A stretch of 64,000 bases of DNA from an uncultured virus (IMG/VR IMGVR_UViG_3300030673_000007) (lineage: Duplodnaviria; Heunggongvirae; Uroviricota; Caudoviricetes), in IMG/VR virus record IMGVR_UViG_3300030673_000007; one strand, 5' to 3'. Under the pieces are notes generated by a model. That model was not told the DNA's origin. It made no database searches and saw only the letters and a program-made list of their open reading frames with translations. The position numbers were made by a program, and so were the translations under genes. Every line of letters starts with the position of its first letter. Position 1 is the stretch's first letter. Positions 8,460 to 17,544 of this stretch are shown one piece after another.

Positions 8460-9539
8460 TCAGGCGCTCGCCTTCGTTTCCAGATACTTGATGAAGAGTT
8501 CCACCGCGTAGTCCAGCTGGATCCATTCGACCTCGAAGCCTGACGACTCGGTCTCGACCCGGGTGCGTCCCCGCTCCACCACCGCAGCGAACCAGCCGTG
8601 CAGCGTGTCGGTGAGTTCCCCGGTGAAGGTGGCGTACCGGGCAAGGAGGTCCTCCTCCTGTGCGTCCACGACGTCGTAGGCCTGCTGTGCGGCCTGCTGA
8701 GCCTTGGCGAGGGTGGGAACACGGGCCAGTGTCGTCTGGAAGCCTGAGAGGGCGCTCTGGGCCCGGAGGATCGATGTTTCGTCAGGGACCACGATGTCGG
8801 CGAGGCGCTGGAGGTTGGGGAGTGTGGGGTCGATGATGGTGACCGCGTCCAGTGCCTGTGAGAGCCGGGCGATCTGCTGGGTGAGCAGGCGGGCCTGCTC
8901 GATGCGAAGCTCTGCTGCTGTGAGTGCGTCGTCCTGTGCCCGCAGTGCCTTGAAGCCCGGGATGCGTTCCTTGATGGCTGCCAGTGATGCTGCGCGGTCC
9001 CGGAGGGTGACGGAGTTGGCAAGCTTCCTGCGGTTGGACTCCCGGGCTGCCTCGAAGATCACGTTGACGTTCGTGAGGGCTCCGAGTGTGCGGGCCACTT
9101 CGGCGGTGGAGTCGTCGAGGAGGAACGGCTTGTCGAACTGACCGGCGAAGATCAGGTTCGAGTTGGCCGGGATGCCCATGAATCTCGAAACGTCCTCGGG
9201 GGTGTCCCCGCCCAGCTTGGCGTAGATCCGCTGGAGGGTTGGCTGGCCGGTGGGCGTGATCGTGTACGCGTTGTCGCTGGAGGCCGATGATCTGGAGCGG
9301 GTGAGTGTGACCGTGCCCTGCTCCGTCTCGGCGGTGATGCTGGCTGTCCGCTCCCCATGGGTGATCCACTCCGTGCCGCGCCGGTTGGACGTGAGTGTCT
9401 TGATGGCACGGGTGAGTGCCGACTTGCCGGAGGAGCTTGGGCCCACGATGACCGTGAAGGGCAGGAGTTCGAGGTTGACGTCGTGGAGGCTCTGGAAGTT
9501 CCGGACGTGCAGGCGGTGGATCGTTGCTGTTGCGCTCAC
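8460..9539 (-). CDS. SMC/Rad50/SbcC-like ATPase, N-terminal half plus coiled coil
   Basis: LHVRNFQSL, Walker A GPSSSGKS, Q-loop FAGQFD; no Walker B or signature motif seen. Confidence 0.85.
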   Translation of the reverse strand: MSATATIHRLHVRNFQSLHDVNLELLPFTVIVGPSSSGKSALTRAIKTLTSNRRGTEWITHGERTASITAETEQGTVTLTRSRSSASSDNAYTITPTGQPTLQRIYAKLGGDTPEDVSRFMGIPANSNLIFAGQFDKPFLLDDSTAEVARTLGALTNVNVIFEAARESNRRKLANSVTLRDRAASLAAIKERIPGFKALRAQDDALTAAELRIEQARLLTQQIARLSQALDAVTIIDPTLPNLQRLADIVVPDETSILRAQSALSGFQTTLARVPTLAKAQQAAQQAYDVVDAQEEDLLARYATFTGELTDTLHGWFAAVVERGRTRVETESSGFEVEWIQLDYAVELFIKYLETKASA

Positions 9540-9556
9540 GTTTGTTGATACGCCGT

Positions 9557-9856
9557 TCAGGGGGTTGAACGCACGGTGAGGGACGGGTTGATCGAGAGCA
9601 TCGCCTCGGCGTCCAGTGCGACGGCGGTACGGGCTCCCTGTGTGATCCGTGCCACCGAGTCCCGGGACAGTCCGGTGAGCTTCATGATGTTGCGCTCGGG
9701 GATGCCTGCTGCCTTGAGTTCGACCATGAGGGCATCGCGGTCTGCTACGGCGTCCCGGTAGGCGTTGCGGGCGTCGGTGACCGTCTCGGCCTGATCCTTG
9801 AGTTCCGACATCACCATGGCGATGGAGACGCGGTGGACTTGTTTTGTGAAAGCCAT
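9557..9856 (-). CDS. Helix-turn-helix DNA-binding protein
   Basis: RDALMVELKAAGIPERNIMKLTGLSRDSVARI; leaderless after TAGACT. Confidence 0.75.
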   Translation of the reverse strand: MAFTKQVHRVSIAMVMSELKDQAETVTDARNAYRDAVADRDALMVELKAAGIPERNIMKLTGLSRDSVARITQGARTAVALDAEAMLSINPSLTVRSTP

Positions 9857-9964
9857 GTGGGGGAGTCTACACACACGTTTGCCGGGGTGAGTGCACGGAC
9901 GTTTTGGGAATCTGAGATCAGCTCGGAAATGAACTTTCGAGAAACGAGGTGGTGGGGTTCAGAA

Positions 9965-10198
9965 TCATGTCCGGTTGAGGCGGGTGATCTCGGCGGTGTG
10001 CACGCGGGTGTTGAAGACGATCCGGGTGGTGGGCGGGTAGTCCCGGTCGTACGACTCCAGCCAGCGCTGCTGGTACGGCTGGAGGTTGACCCCGAGCTGG
10101 CGGCAGTAGGCGACGAACCTGCTCTTGCCCTGCGGGGTGCGGGGCTCGGGGAGGCGGTCCATGCCGAAGCGGGCGCGGAGCTTGCGTGGGGAGGTCAC
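9965..10198 (-). CDS. Hypothetical protein
   Basis: GTGA overlap. Confidence 0.6.
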   Translation of the reverse strand: MTSPRKLRARFGMDRLPEPRTPQGKSRFVAYCRQLGVNLQPYQQRWLESYDRDYPPTTRIVFNTRVHTAEITRLNRT

Positions 10199-10599
10199 GC
10201 GAAGTGCTCCCAGCTCTTGCCGTCGTCGTGGCTCACGAGGACTCCCTTGCGGTACTGGAGGGCCAGCGGTGGCAGCTCGCGGTTGTACTTGACGGCGGCG
10301 GTCTTGGACGTGAAGACCCGGACCTCGTTGTTCATCCGGCGCATCCCGTACAGGGGCTTGGGCGGGACCGGGGTGCAGTCGTGGTACTCGACCACACGCT
10401 CCTCGGTGATCCACCACGCGTCGGGCTTCTGCTCGGCGAACTTCTCGGTGGCGAAGTCGCGGGCCTCCCCGACAGTGGGGATGGTCTCGGAGGTGACGCG
10501 CTGGTTGAAGCCGAAGCGGTCCACGAAGATGAAGACGACGCGGTAGCTGGACTCGGGGGAGGTCGTGGTGATGTCCGTGTCGGTGGTCGTGATGTCCAT
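10195..10599 (-). CDS. Hypothetical protein
   Basis: AAGGAG RBS. Confidence 0.75.
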   Translation of the reverse strand: MDITTTDTDITTTSPESSYRVVFIFVDRFGFNQRVTSETIPTVGEARDFATEKFAEQKPDAWWITEERVVEYHDCTPVPPKPLYGMRRMNNEVRVFTSKTAAVKYNRELPPLALQYRKGVLVSHDDGKSWEHFA

Positions 10600-10601
10600 G
10601 G

Positions 10602-10772
10602 TCAGGACTCCTTCTCGTTGCGGACGGCGGCGAGTGCCGCGTCGGGGTTGAGGTAGGCGTTGATCAGGATCTCGGCCCAGCTGGAGTCACCGAGGTACCA
10701 GCGGGAGGCGGCGCGGGCTGCGAGCAGACCCCGCTGGTTGGGCTCGACGTGGGCGAGGGGCTTGTCTGCCAT
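10602..10772 (-). CDS. Hypothetical protein (56 aa)
   Basis: AAGGAG RBS; not in ORF track. Confidence 0.65.
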   Translation of the reverse strand: MADKPLAHVEPNQRGLLAARAASRWYLGDSSWAEILINAYLNPDAALAAVRNEKES

Positions 10773-10775
10773 GGG

Positions 10776-11120
10776 TCAGGACTCCTTGATGAGGTCGAAG
10801 CGGCGAAGGATGTCGACCAGCTCGGAGTTGAACACGTAGGTGCGCCCGACGTGGCTGAGCAGCTCCCGGATGTCGTCGAGGGCGAGGGTCTGCGGGTCGT
10901 GCAGGACGATCACACGAGCCTCAGGGACGCGGCGGACGGTGGCCCTGTGCTCGACCACGAGGCGGTCAGTGCTGGGGTCCCTGCGCTCTACGGAGGAGGT
11001 GGCCCCGACGGAGCCGGAGACGGAGGCGTTGACGGCGGCGTCCTCGGCGCACTTGCGGCAGTCGCCACAGGAGCCGTGCAGGAGGTCGGTGATCTCGAAG
11101 TGGGATGCGGGTGCGGTCAT
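10776..11120 (-). CDS. Hypothetical protein with CxxCxxC
   Basis: Start MTAPASH..., codon bias. Confidence 0.7.
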   Translation of the reverse strand: MTAPASHFEITDLLHGSCGDCRKCAEDAAVNASVSGSVGATSSVERRDPSTDRLVVEHRATVRRVPEARVIVLHDPQTLALDDIRELLSHVGRTYVFNSELVDILRRFDLIKES

Positions 11121-11249
11121 GGTGTGCTCTTTCTTGAAACTCAGTGGAGGGCGTTGGAGACGGCGGCGGTGATGACGGTGAAGGCGGTGGTCCCGCCGAA
11201 GAGGATCAGGCACTCGACGGCGAGACGGAGCTTGGACGGGCGGGGCATC

Positions 11250-11783
11250 TCAGAACCGCCCTGCGCAGTCCGGGCCGATGCCAGCGGCGCGGCTGGACTC
11301 GTCGGTGAGCGTGCGGTGGCAGCGGCAGCAGCGACCGATCTCGCGACCGAAGCGGAAGCCCGCCTCGTGGATGTCCTCGGCGATCAGGGCCATGACCACG
11401 TCGCGGCGTGCGCCACGGACGGAGTACCGCTCGTCGCTGGCGAGCTGGGAGAGGAACGTGCGGCCTGCCCAGCGGCCCTCGGTGGGGCGGTCCAGCTGGA
11501 AGAACGCGACGGCCTGCGTGTCCCCGGGGACGGAGACGGCGTAGTAGCCAGCGGGGATGTCGGCGTCGGGCGCGACGTCGAACAGGGCTCCCGTGGTGGG
11601 GGCGAGGACGGCGACGCGGGGGCGGGCCAGCAGGGTGTCGATCAGGGTGTGGGCCTGACGGGCGGTGAACCGGTCGAGGGCCTCGGTCACGAGCCCGGTG
11701 GTGTCGCGCTCGACGACCAGCGTCTGGAGCCAGCTCAGCTGGCGGGGGGTGATCGGGGCGAGGGTCCGGGTGGTGGTGCTCAT
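11250..11783 (-). CDS. DUF6011-like zinc-finger protein
   Basis: C-terminal CCRCHRTLTDESSRAAGIGPDC; AGGAG RBS. Confidence 0.75.
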   Translation of the reverse strand: MSTTTRTLAPITPRQLSWLQTLVVERDTTGLVTEALDRFTARQAHTLIDTLLARPRVAVLAPTTGALFDVAPDADIPAGYYAVSVPGDTQAVAFFQLDRPTEGRWAGRTFLSQLASDERYSVRGARRDVVMALIAEDIHEAGFRFGREIGRCCRCHRTLTDESSRAAGIGPDCAGRF

Positions 11784-11822
11784 GGTGTTCTCCTGCTTGG
11801 GCGTTGACCGCTTGATGTCTCT

Positions 11823-11852
11823 AGTATAGGACCATGGGCTGCTCGGTGTCAA
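11823..11852 (-). promoter_or_regulatory. Early sigma-A-type promoter
   Basis: TTGACA-N18-TATACT; TTTCCGAAAA at 11857-11866. Confidence 0.85.
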
Positions 11853-11952
11853 CTCGTTTCCGAAAACAACAAGAGCACCGGTCAGGTAGGTGGCCGGTGC
11901 TCTCGGTACTGGCTGGAGGCTCCACCCCCATGATGTCCCCAGCTGTCTCAGG

Positions 11953-12735
11953 TCAGAACGGGCTCCCTCCCAGAGCCTCACTGACCTCGCTCTTCACGGT
12001 GTCGACCCACTCCTCCAGCTCGGTCTGGTAGGTGTCCCACTCGTCGCGGGTCTGCTCCCAGTCGCGCCAGTCGTCGGAGTCCTGATCGTCCGGCTCGTCA
12101 CCGGGCTCACCCTCGGAGGGCTCGTCGGGCTTGTCGGTGATGTCAGTGCTCTCCAGCTCATCGGCGAAGCTCTCCAGCTCGTCGGCCTGCTCGTTCAGCT
12201 CGTCGCTGGCGGAGGTGGCGTGCTGGAAGCCGTCCTCGATGTTCTGGGCGGACTCCCGCTTCTCCTCGGCCAACTCGCGGAACGAGGCGGCGGCGTCGTT
12301 CAGGATCTCCTGCACGTCGTCCACCTCGGACTCGGAGGTGATCTCCTGCTCCTCGGCGTCGTAGACGATCTGGGCGCAGCGGGCGGAGAGGCTGTTGGAC
12401 AGCTCCCAGACCTGCCAGTCGGGGCAGGTGGCGCAGCGGTACCGGGTGGTGCCACCGTAGGGGCCGGACTTCGGAGTCACGTGCTTGTAGGGCTGGCCGA
12501 TCTCGATGTCCTTGCCGCACTTCCCGCACTTCCGGGCGGGCAGCGGCTGGGTCTTGTCGGTGACGGTGACCTTCATGACCACCGGCTTGCCGGTCTTCGT
12601 GGTCTTCTGGCGCAGCTCACCGTCGCGGCCCTTGACCATGACGGGCGTGACCTTCTGCTCGCCGGTCGCCTCGTCGATGACGGGGACCATCTTGAAGCGG
12701 GGCTGGGCCTTGGCGACCCGGGTGATTCTGGCCAT
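11953..12735 (-). CDS. Zinc-finger plus acidic coiled-coil protein
   Basis: CGKCG...CATC, then a very acidic helical C-terminus. Confidence 0.8.
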   Translation of the reverse strand: MARITRVAKAQPRFKMVPVIDEATGEQKVTPVMVKGRDGELRQKTTKTGKPVVMKVTVTDKTQPLPARKCGKCGKDIEIGQPYKHVTPKSGPYGGTTRYRCATCPDWQVWELSNSLSARCAQIVYDAEEQEITSESEVDDVQEILNDAAASFRELAEEKRESAQNIEDGFQHATSASDELNEQADELESFADELESTDITDKPDEPSEGEPGDEPDDQDSDDWRDWEQTRDEWDTYQTELEEWVDTVKSEVSEALGGSPF

Positions 12736-12786
12736 GACTGGCTCTCTCTCGTCTGGTAGGCGGGGGGTGCCCGCCTTGATGTCTCT

Positions 12787-12816
12787 ATCTTAGGACCATC
12801 AAGGCGGGCGTGTCAA
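12787..12816 (-). promoter_or_regulatory. Early sigma-A-type promoter
   Basis: TTGACA-N18-TAAGAT; TTTCCGGAAA at 12820-12829. Confidence 0.85.
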
Positions 12817-12835
12817 CTGTTTCCGGAAACCCGCC

Positions 12836-13321
12836 TCAGGCGGAGAAGAATCCCTCGTGCTCGGAGCAGTACGTTCCCGTGGCCGCAACCATGGCAGCCA
12901 TCACGAGCATCCCGGTACGGGAGGTCGGGCTGATGTCCTGCCCGAGCATGACGGCGATCATGTTGTCCTTGGTCACGCCCTTGTCGATGGAGCTGCACGT
13001 GGTGTGGCCCAGTGTGCGCAGGGAGGCCATCTCGGCTGCCGTCGGCGTCTCCTTGGACAGGATCGGGATCAGTGCATCGAACCTGTCGTCGGGGCTCTCA
13101 GACTCGACGGTGGCGTCCTCGACAGGAGCTGCCGCAGCCGTGGTGGCAGGCACTGCGGGGGCTGTCACCGCAGCGGTGACAGGGGCCGTGGTGGGCCTGC
13201 CCATGAGGGAGCCTGCTCCCATGAGCAGGGCAGCGAGCACCACCCCGAGGGCGAGCTTGACACCGCCACTCATCGGCTTCTTGGGAGCTGGTTCGGGCAG
13301 GGTGTAGTAGGGATTGGACAT
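12836..13321 (-). CDS. Membrane-anchored exported protein (DUF732-like C-terminus)
   Basis: TM segment, T/A/P linker, GHTTC...AATGTYC; GGAGG RBS. Confidence 0.7.
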   Translation of the reverse strand: MSNPYYTLPEPAPKKPMSGGVKLALGVVLAALLMGAGSLMGRPTTAPVTAAVTAPAVPATTAAAAPVEDATVESESPDDRFDALIPILSKETPTAAEMASLRTLGHTTCSSIDKGVTKDNMIAVMLGQDISPTSRTGMLVMAAMVAATGTYCSEHEGFFSA

Positions 13322-13367
13322 GGTGCCTCCTGTTGCGTTGACCTTGTTTTCTAAAACGTACTGGGTA

Positions 13368-14279
13368 CTACTCGGCGGAGCGTTCCTCGACGAAGTCGGA
13401 GACCTCATCCCACAGGCTGGAGACCATCCGGAGCTTGTCGCGGCCCTCGGACTGCTCGTCCTGCCGGAGCTGGAAGGTGGGCCGGTGGATGTAGGTGTCG
13501 ATCTCCTCGGTGATCAGGGCGTTCAGCGTGGCCGGATCAAGAGCGTCCAGCTCCCAGCTCTCGTCCCCGAAGCGCTCGATGTAGCCCTCGGCGCGGGAGT
13601 CGGTGAGCTTGGCCGGGTTCGGCGGCGGGCTGTACTGCTCGATCTGGTCATAGTTGAGCGCGATCCGCTTGACCGTGGTGCTGGCCCCGAAGAGCCGAAG
13701 GCGGTCCCGGATGTCCCGGGTCATGTCGATGCCGCTGGGGTCGTGGTCACCGAGGTGGACGACAACCATGTCCTGCCCCTCGTTCTCCCAGTACCGGTGG
13801 CGCATGGCGGCGGCGTGCATCTCCGACTGGGAGACGTAGCCACGGCAGGAGAAGTAGTTGCAGCCCCGGGCCTTGGCGGCGCGCTCGATGACTCCAGCGA
13901 GGGCTTCCTTCTCCACCCACACCTCGACGCGGGTGTCCTGCGTCTCCCACAGGTCGATGTAGAACTTGTCCACGACGGACTCGATGATGGCTGCCGGGTC
14001 GTCGTAGGTCTGGTTGCCTGCGAGGTACCGGGTGCGGTCCACGATGTAGTTCCAGTCCAGCAGACCGGCGCGACGGGCCTTGTCGATGACCGTGCCCAGC
14101 ATCTTGTACTGGCGCTGGTTGTTCGGGATCTCGCCCCGGGAGACGAACTGGTAGTAGAGCTGCCGGAGCGTCAGGTCGTAGCCCTGCGCGCGGTAGTCGG
14201 CGCAGATCTGGTTGGCGGTCTGGATGAGGGCGAGAGAGGTGCCGGTGGGGTTCCAGTTCTCGTACTTGATCTTGGCCAT
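13368..14279 (-). CDS. Topoisomerase VI-A/Spo11/JetD-like winged-helix plus TOPRIM protein
   Basis: TLRQLYYQ (catalytic-Tyr-type motif), VEVWVEKEAL, RGYVS, LGDHDPSG (DxD). Confidence 0.8.
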   Translation of the reverse strand: MAKIKYENWNPTGTSLALIQTANQICADYRAQGYDLTLRQLYYQFVSRGEIPNNQRQYKMLGTVIDKARRAGLLDWNYIVDRTRYLAGNQTYDDPAAIIESVVDKFYIDLWETQDTRVEVWVEKEALAGVIERAAKARGCNYFSCRGYVSQSEMHAAAMRHRYWENEGQDMVVVHLGDHDPSGIDMTRDIRDRLRLFGASTTVKRIALNYDQIEQYSPPPNPAKLTDSRAEGYIERFGDESWELDALDPATLNALITEEIDTYIHRPTFQLRQDEQSEGRDKLRMVSSLWDEVSDFVEERSAE

Positions 14280-14371
14280 GGTTGGCTCTCTTTGTCGAAA
14301 CGATGGTGGTCCCCGAGCCGAGCACGGGCTGCTCGGCTGCGTGAATGAATCTCGGCTCGGGGTGTGTCCTT

Positions 14372-14401
14372 ATCTTAGGACACGAATCAGTGCGGTGTCA
14401 A
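14372..14401 (-). promoter_or_regulatory. Early sigma-A-type promoter
   Basis: TTGACA-N18-TAAGAT. Confidence 0.8.
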
Positions 14402-14695
14402 CAGCTTGGGTGCCTTGCCCCGTGGGCGGTCGGCGAGGCGCTGGAGCACGGTGGCCCAGTTCTCGGCCTGCCATGCCTCCCATGCCCCTGCTCCGGCCTT
14501 GCTGACCACCTTGTGGCGGAAGACCTCCTCCAATGCGTGGTCGTGGTGGAACTTCAGGGCGTAGTCGACGTCGATCTCCACGTACTCCCGGCACTCGACG
14601 CACCACGCGAACGGAGGGTGCTCCCCGGCGTGAGCCACGAAGGCGCGGTCGACCGGGTGGTGGGTGCACTGCTCGGGCGGGATGCTCAGAATCAT
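14387..14695 (-). CDS. Hypothetical protein (CxH...CxxC)
   Basis: ORF, codon bias. Confidence 0.65.
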   Translation of the reverse strand: MILSIPPEQCTHHPVDRAFVAHAGEHPPFAWCVECREYVEIDVDYALKFHHDHALEEVFRHKVVSKAGAGAWEAWQAENWATVLQRLADRPRGKAPKLLTPH

Positions 14696-14698
14696 CTC

Positions 14699-14965
14699 TC
14701 AGCCGATCTTGGTGAAGCTGGTGAAGGTTCCGTCGGAGTGCTTGGCGGCGTGGTAGTCCGGTCCTTCGGTGGGGACCAGCTGGCCATCGACCTTGACCAG
14801 CCCAGCACCCTTGCGAGTGTTCCAGACCTTCAGGTCGAAGCTCGCGATGTTGGGATCGGCGAAGGCGTCGAGGACCATCTTGTCCACGACGTCCTTGCTC
14901 CGGAAGGTCAGCTCCCGGGTGGTCTGCTGGCCGTGGATGTGGGTGGCAGTGATCCGGATGAACAT
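14699..14965 (-). CDS. Hypothetical protein (MFIRIT...)
   Basis: TGATG overlap, AAGG RBS. Confidence 0.7.
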   Translation of the reverse strand: MFIRITATHIHGQQTTRELTFRSKDVVDKMVLDAFADPNIASFDLKVWNTRKGAGLVKVDGQLVPTEGPDYHAAKHSDGTFTSFTKIG

Positions 14966-15095
14966 CAACGCACCTTCTTCTTGGACCACTTGGAGCGGCG
15001 GGCGTCCTCGGTACGGCGCTCGCGCGCCTCGGCAGCCATGTCCTTGGCGTAGTCCCGGCCCTCGTCGAGGTACTCGGTGATCGGCTCGTTCATGG

Positions 15096-15344
15096 TCAGT
15101 TCCCCTTGGAGCTGCGCTGGGCTTCCCAGCTGGTGAGCTGGGTCTTCTGGATGTCTTCGGGGAGGGCGTCGAACTCGTCGACCTCCATGAGGTAGCCGGA
15201 CTTGAACTCGGAGCCCTGCGTGTCCAGCAGGGGACCGTAGGGGGTGACCGAGCCCTGCACACGCAGCATGTCGGTGATGGCAGCGGACCTGCCCGCGAGG
15301 AAGGCGGGGGTGGTCACAAGCGTCTGGTACACGTGGTTCGTCAT
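15096..15344 (-). CDS. Hypothetical protein, leaderless
   Basis: ATG 6 nt after TAAGAT. Confidence 0.75.
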   Translation of the reverse strand: MTNHVYQTLVTTPAFLAGRSAAITDMLRVQGSVTPYGPLLDTQGSEFKSGYLMEVDEFDALPEDIQKTQLTSWEAQRSSKGN

Positions 15345-15350
15345 GTCTCT

Positions 15351-15380
15351 ATCTTAGGACCTGTCTCTACCTTATGTCAA
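15351..15380 (-). promoter_or_regulatory. Early sigma-A-type promoter
   Basis: TTGACA-N18-TAAGAT; TTTCGGGAAA at 15385-15394. Confidence 0.85.
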
Positions 15381-15856
15381 GTAGTTTCGGGAAAGAGGTG
15401 ATCGTCGTTGCGGCACTGGAGCTTCCCGCAGACCTTGCAGCGATCCTCGTCCCGACCCGTGGTGTAGTCGTAGCGTCCCGGCTGCCCCTTCTTGGGGGAT
15501 GCTCCCCACTGTGCAGTCAGGGCGGAGTGCTCTTCCAGCCACTTGGCCTTGACCAGCTCCCACTGCCGGAGAGCCTCGCGAGCCTGCTCAGGGGTCGGGG
15601 GGACGTACCTGCGCTTGGACCTCTGGATGGTCTCCAGCAGGTCGTGCAGCCAAACCTCGTCAGCCTCATCCCACTCGTGGGGTGGAGTCCGGTCCCTGCT
15701 CGTAGCCCAGCGCAGGGCGAAGGTGGCCTCCTTGAGGAAGCGCCGCTCGATCCCGGCTGGGGTCTCAGCGAGCAGCTGCTCGGCCTCCTCAGCAGTCCCG
15801 GTCCAGAGGATGAGTCCCCAGACGTTGGACCAGTGCGGGCTGTCGAAGATGCTCAC
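15377..15856 (-). CDS. Hypothetical protein with C-terminal CxxC..C..H
   Basis: AAGGAGG RBS, GTGA overlap. Confidence 0.7.
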   Translation of the reverse strand: MSIFDSPHWSNVWGLILWTGTAEEAEQLLAETPAGIERRFLKEATFALRWATSRDRTPPHEWDEADEVWLHDLLETIQRSKRRYVPPTPEQAREALRQWELVKAKWLEEHSALTAQWGASPKKGQPGRYDYTTGRDEDRCKVCGKLQCRNDDHLFPETT

Positions 15857-16230
15857 AACCCCTCCTTGAGGATGTCGCGGATGCGGGTGAGCTGGCTGAG
15901 GGACGCACGAGCGTAGGCCTTGAGCCCGTAGTTGTGCTCGACCCCCAACGTGCGAAGCTCGTCGCGAACCTCCTGTGAGGCGGCGTACTCGGCCCACCCC
16001 TGCTCGGTGTAGGCCGTGCGGGAGGAGCCGAACTTGACCCGCTCGTCACCACCAGCGATGGTGAAGGCGTGCTCACTCCACTTGTCTGCCTTGCCGGTGG
16101 AGCTGGCGTAGAAGTACACCCGGGAGACCCTGCTGACGATCAGCCTCTCGGCATTCATCTTGCGCCCCATGTCGTCGTAGGCGTAGATGACCTGCCCGAC
16201 CTCGACGTGCATCTTGGGTCCGTCGATCAT
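15853..16230 (-). CDS. Hypothetical protein
   Basis: Start MIDGPK...; codon bias. Confidence 0.7.
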   Translation of the reverse strand: MIDGPKMHVEVGQVIYAYDDMGRKMNAERLIVSRVSRVYFYASSTGKADKWSEHAFTIAGGDERVKFGSSRTAYTEQGWAEYAASQEVRDELRTLGVEHNYGLKAYARASLSQLTRIRDILKEGL

Positions 16231-16231
16231 G

Positions 16232-16513
16232 TCAGAGCGCCTTGAAGGCTGTGGTGGCGGCGTCGACACGGGTGGCCGTACCGGGCAGCTTGAAGGTCAC
16301 CATGTGCCACACGAGGGGGCTCCCGATCTGGCTGGTGAGCATCCCGTAGAGGGCGATGGCTCCGGTCATCATGCTGTAGGCCTCACGGATCGCCGCCTTG
16401 GACACCCCGTAGCTGGGGTGGTCCCTGCGGTTGCTGACCCGGCTGAGCATGGTGGAGGCGAGGGCGCGGATCTCGCGCTCGGCGAGGATGGTCTGTGCTT
16501 CGTTGAGGTCCAT
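16232..16513 (-). CDS. Hypothetical protein
   Basis: ORF in tight operon. Confidence 0.7.
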   Translation of the reverse strand: MDLNEAQTILAEREIRALASTMLSRVSNRRDHPSYGVSKAAIREAYSMMTGAIALYGMLTSQIGSPLVWHMVTFKLPGTATRVDAATTAFKAL

Positions 16514-16515
16514 GG

Positions 16516-16917
16516 TTAGCCCACAATCCGGGGGTTGAGGACGGCGTCGCCGTCGTAGTCGAGGGCCAGCAGGAACTTGTTCAGCATGGAGGCGTAGATG
16601 TCGTCCAGCTGGAAGTGGACGGTGTCGCCGACCACGGAGCGGCGGGCGGCGTAGCGCACGTCGATGTTGTAGAGGTCGTTGGAGTTCAGGGTGACCGTGA
16701 CCCGCATGATCCGGGCGGAGGAGCCCCGAGTGCCGTCCTTGCGGAAGGCGATGATCTTGGCGAGGAAGGTGTAGCCGGGGAGGAAGAGCCCAGTGCCGGG
16801 CTCGTTGGACGAGACGGCAGCGGAGTGGAAGCCGAGGCTCATCTTCACGCCGGTCTGGATCAGGCGGCTGATCTCGGCTGCCACCTCGTGGGCGGCGACG
16901 GTGTCGGTGCGGTTCAT
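16516..16917 (-). CDS. Hypothetical phage protein, leaderless
   Basis: ATG 6 nt after TAAGAT; VTLNSNDLYNI motif. Confidence 0.75.
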   Translation of the reverse strand: MNRTDTVAAHEVAAEISRLIQTGVKMSLGFHSAAVSSNEPGTGLFLPGYTFLAKIIAFRKDGTRGSSARIMRVTVTLNSNDLYNIDVRYAARRSVVGDTVHFQLDDIYASMLNKFLLALDYDGDAVLNPRIVG

Positions 16918-16923
16918 GTCTCT

Positions 16924-16952
16924 ATCTTAGGACTAGGTTGGGCAGATGTCAA
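16924..16952 (-). promoter_or_regulatory. Early sigma-A-type promoter
   Basis: TTGACA-N17-TAAGAT; TTTCAGGAAA at 16957-16966. Confidence 0.85.
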
Positions 16953-16958
16953 CACGTT

Positions 16959-17207
16959 TCAGGAAACGAGCCTCAGCTCCCTTGGCAGGCGGTAGATGAA
17001 CCGGAGCCTCTTGGGCCCACCCGCTGACAGCTCGATGACCAAGTCTCCGATGTTGAAGACCCGCCCGTACAGGCGGATGGGGCGCTCGTTCACAGTGAAG
17101 GGCTGGACCACCGGCAGGAGGCGCTTGTGTCCGTAGACCGTGGTCTCTACCAGCTCCCCCACCAGCGGCCACCACTCGTCCTCGGTGACCGGGGGAAGCT
17201 CAGGCAT
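16959..17207 (-). CDS. Hypothetical protein
   Basis: ORF overlapping previous stop. Confidence 0.65.
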   Translation of the reverse strand: MPELPPVTEDEWWPLVGELVETTVYGHKRLLPVVQPFTVNERPIRLYGRVFNIGDLVIELSAGGPKRLRFIYRLPRELRLVS

Positions 17208-17505
17208 GGTTCAGGCACCACGTCGCCATCATCTCCAGCTCGCGGGGCCACATAGGCATGGCCGTGCGCCCGGTCGCGCCGATGTCCTCGTAGAGGTAGT
17301 CGCGATCCACCGCTGCGCCGGAGGCCAGTGAGGCGAGGGCGCTGCCGACAGTGCCGGAGGACTGCCACCACGACGCGATGGTCTTGGCTGCCGCGTCGGA
17401 CAGCTCACCGTTCTCCGTGGGGATGGTGCCGAGGGCGACGGCGAGGATCTCGTGCCGGGCCTGCTCGGATGAGGCTGCGGGCTCGGTGATCTGGATGCTG
17501 GCCAT
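17200..17505 (-). CDS. Hypothetical protein
   Basis: AGGAGG RBS. Confidence 0.75.
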   Translation of the reverse strand: MASIQITEPAASSEQARHEILAVALGTIPTENGELSDAAAKTIASWWQSSGTVGSALASLASGAAVDRDYLYEDIGATGRTAMPMWPRELEMMATWCLNHA

Positions 17506-17544
17506 GGTTCCTCCTGTTGTGCAAGCTGACCGCTTGATGTCTCT

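Noticed and set aside
8460..14279. SMC-like ATPase plus JetD-like TOPRIM protein as a Wadjet system
   Set aside because: The genes are about 4 kb apart under different promoter classes, the ATPase is only a half, and no JetA/JetB-like genes are present.
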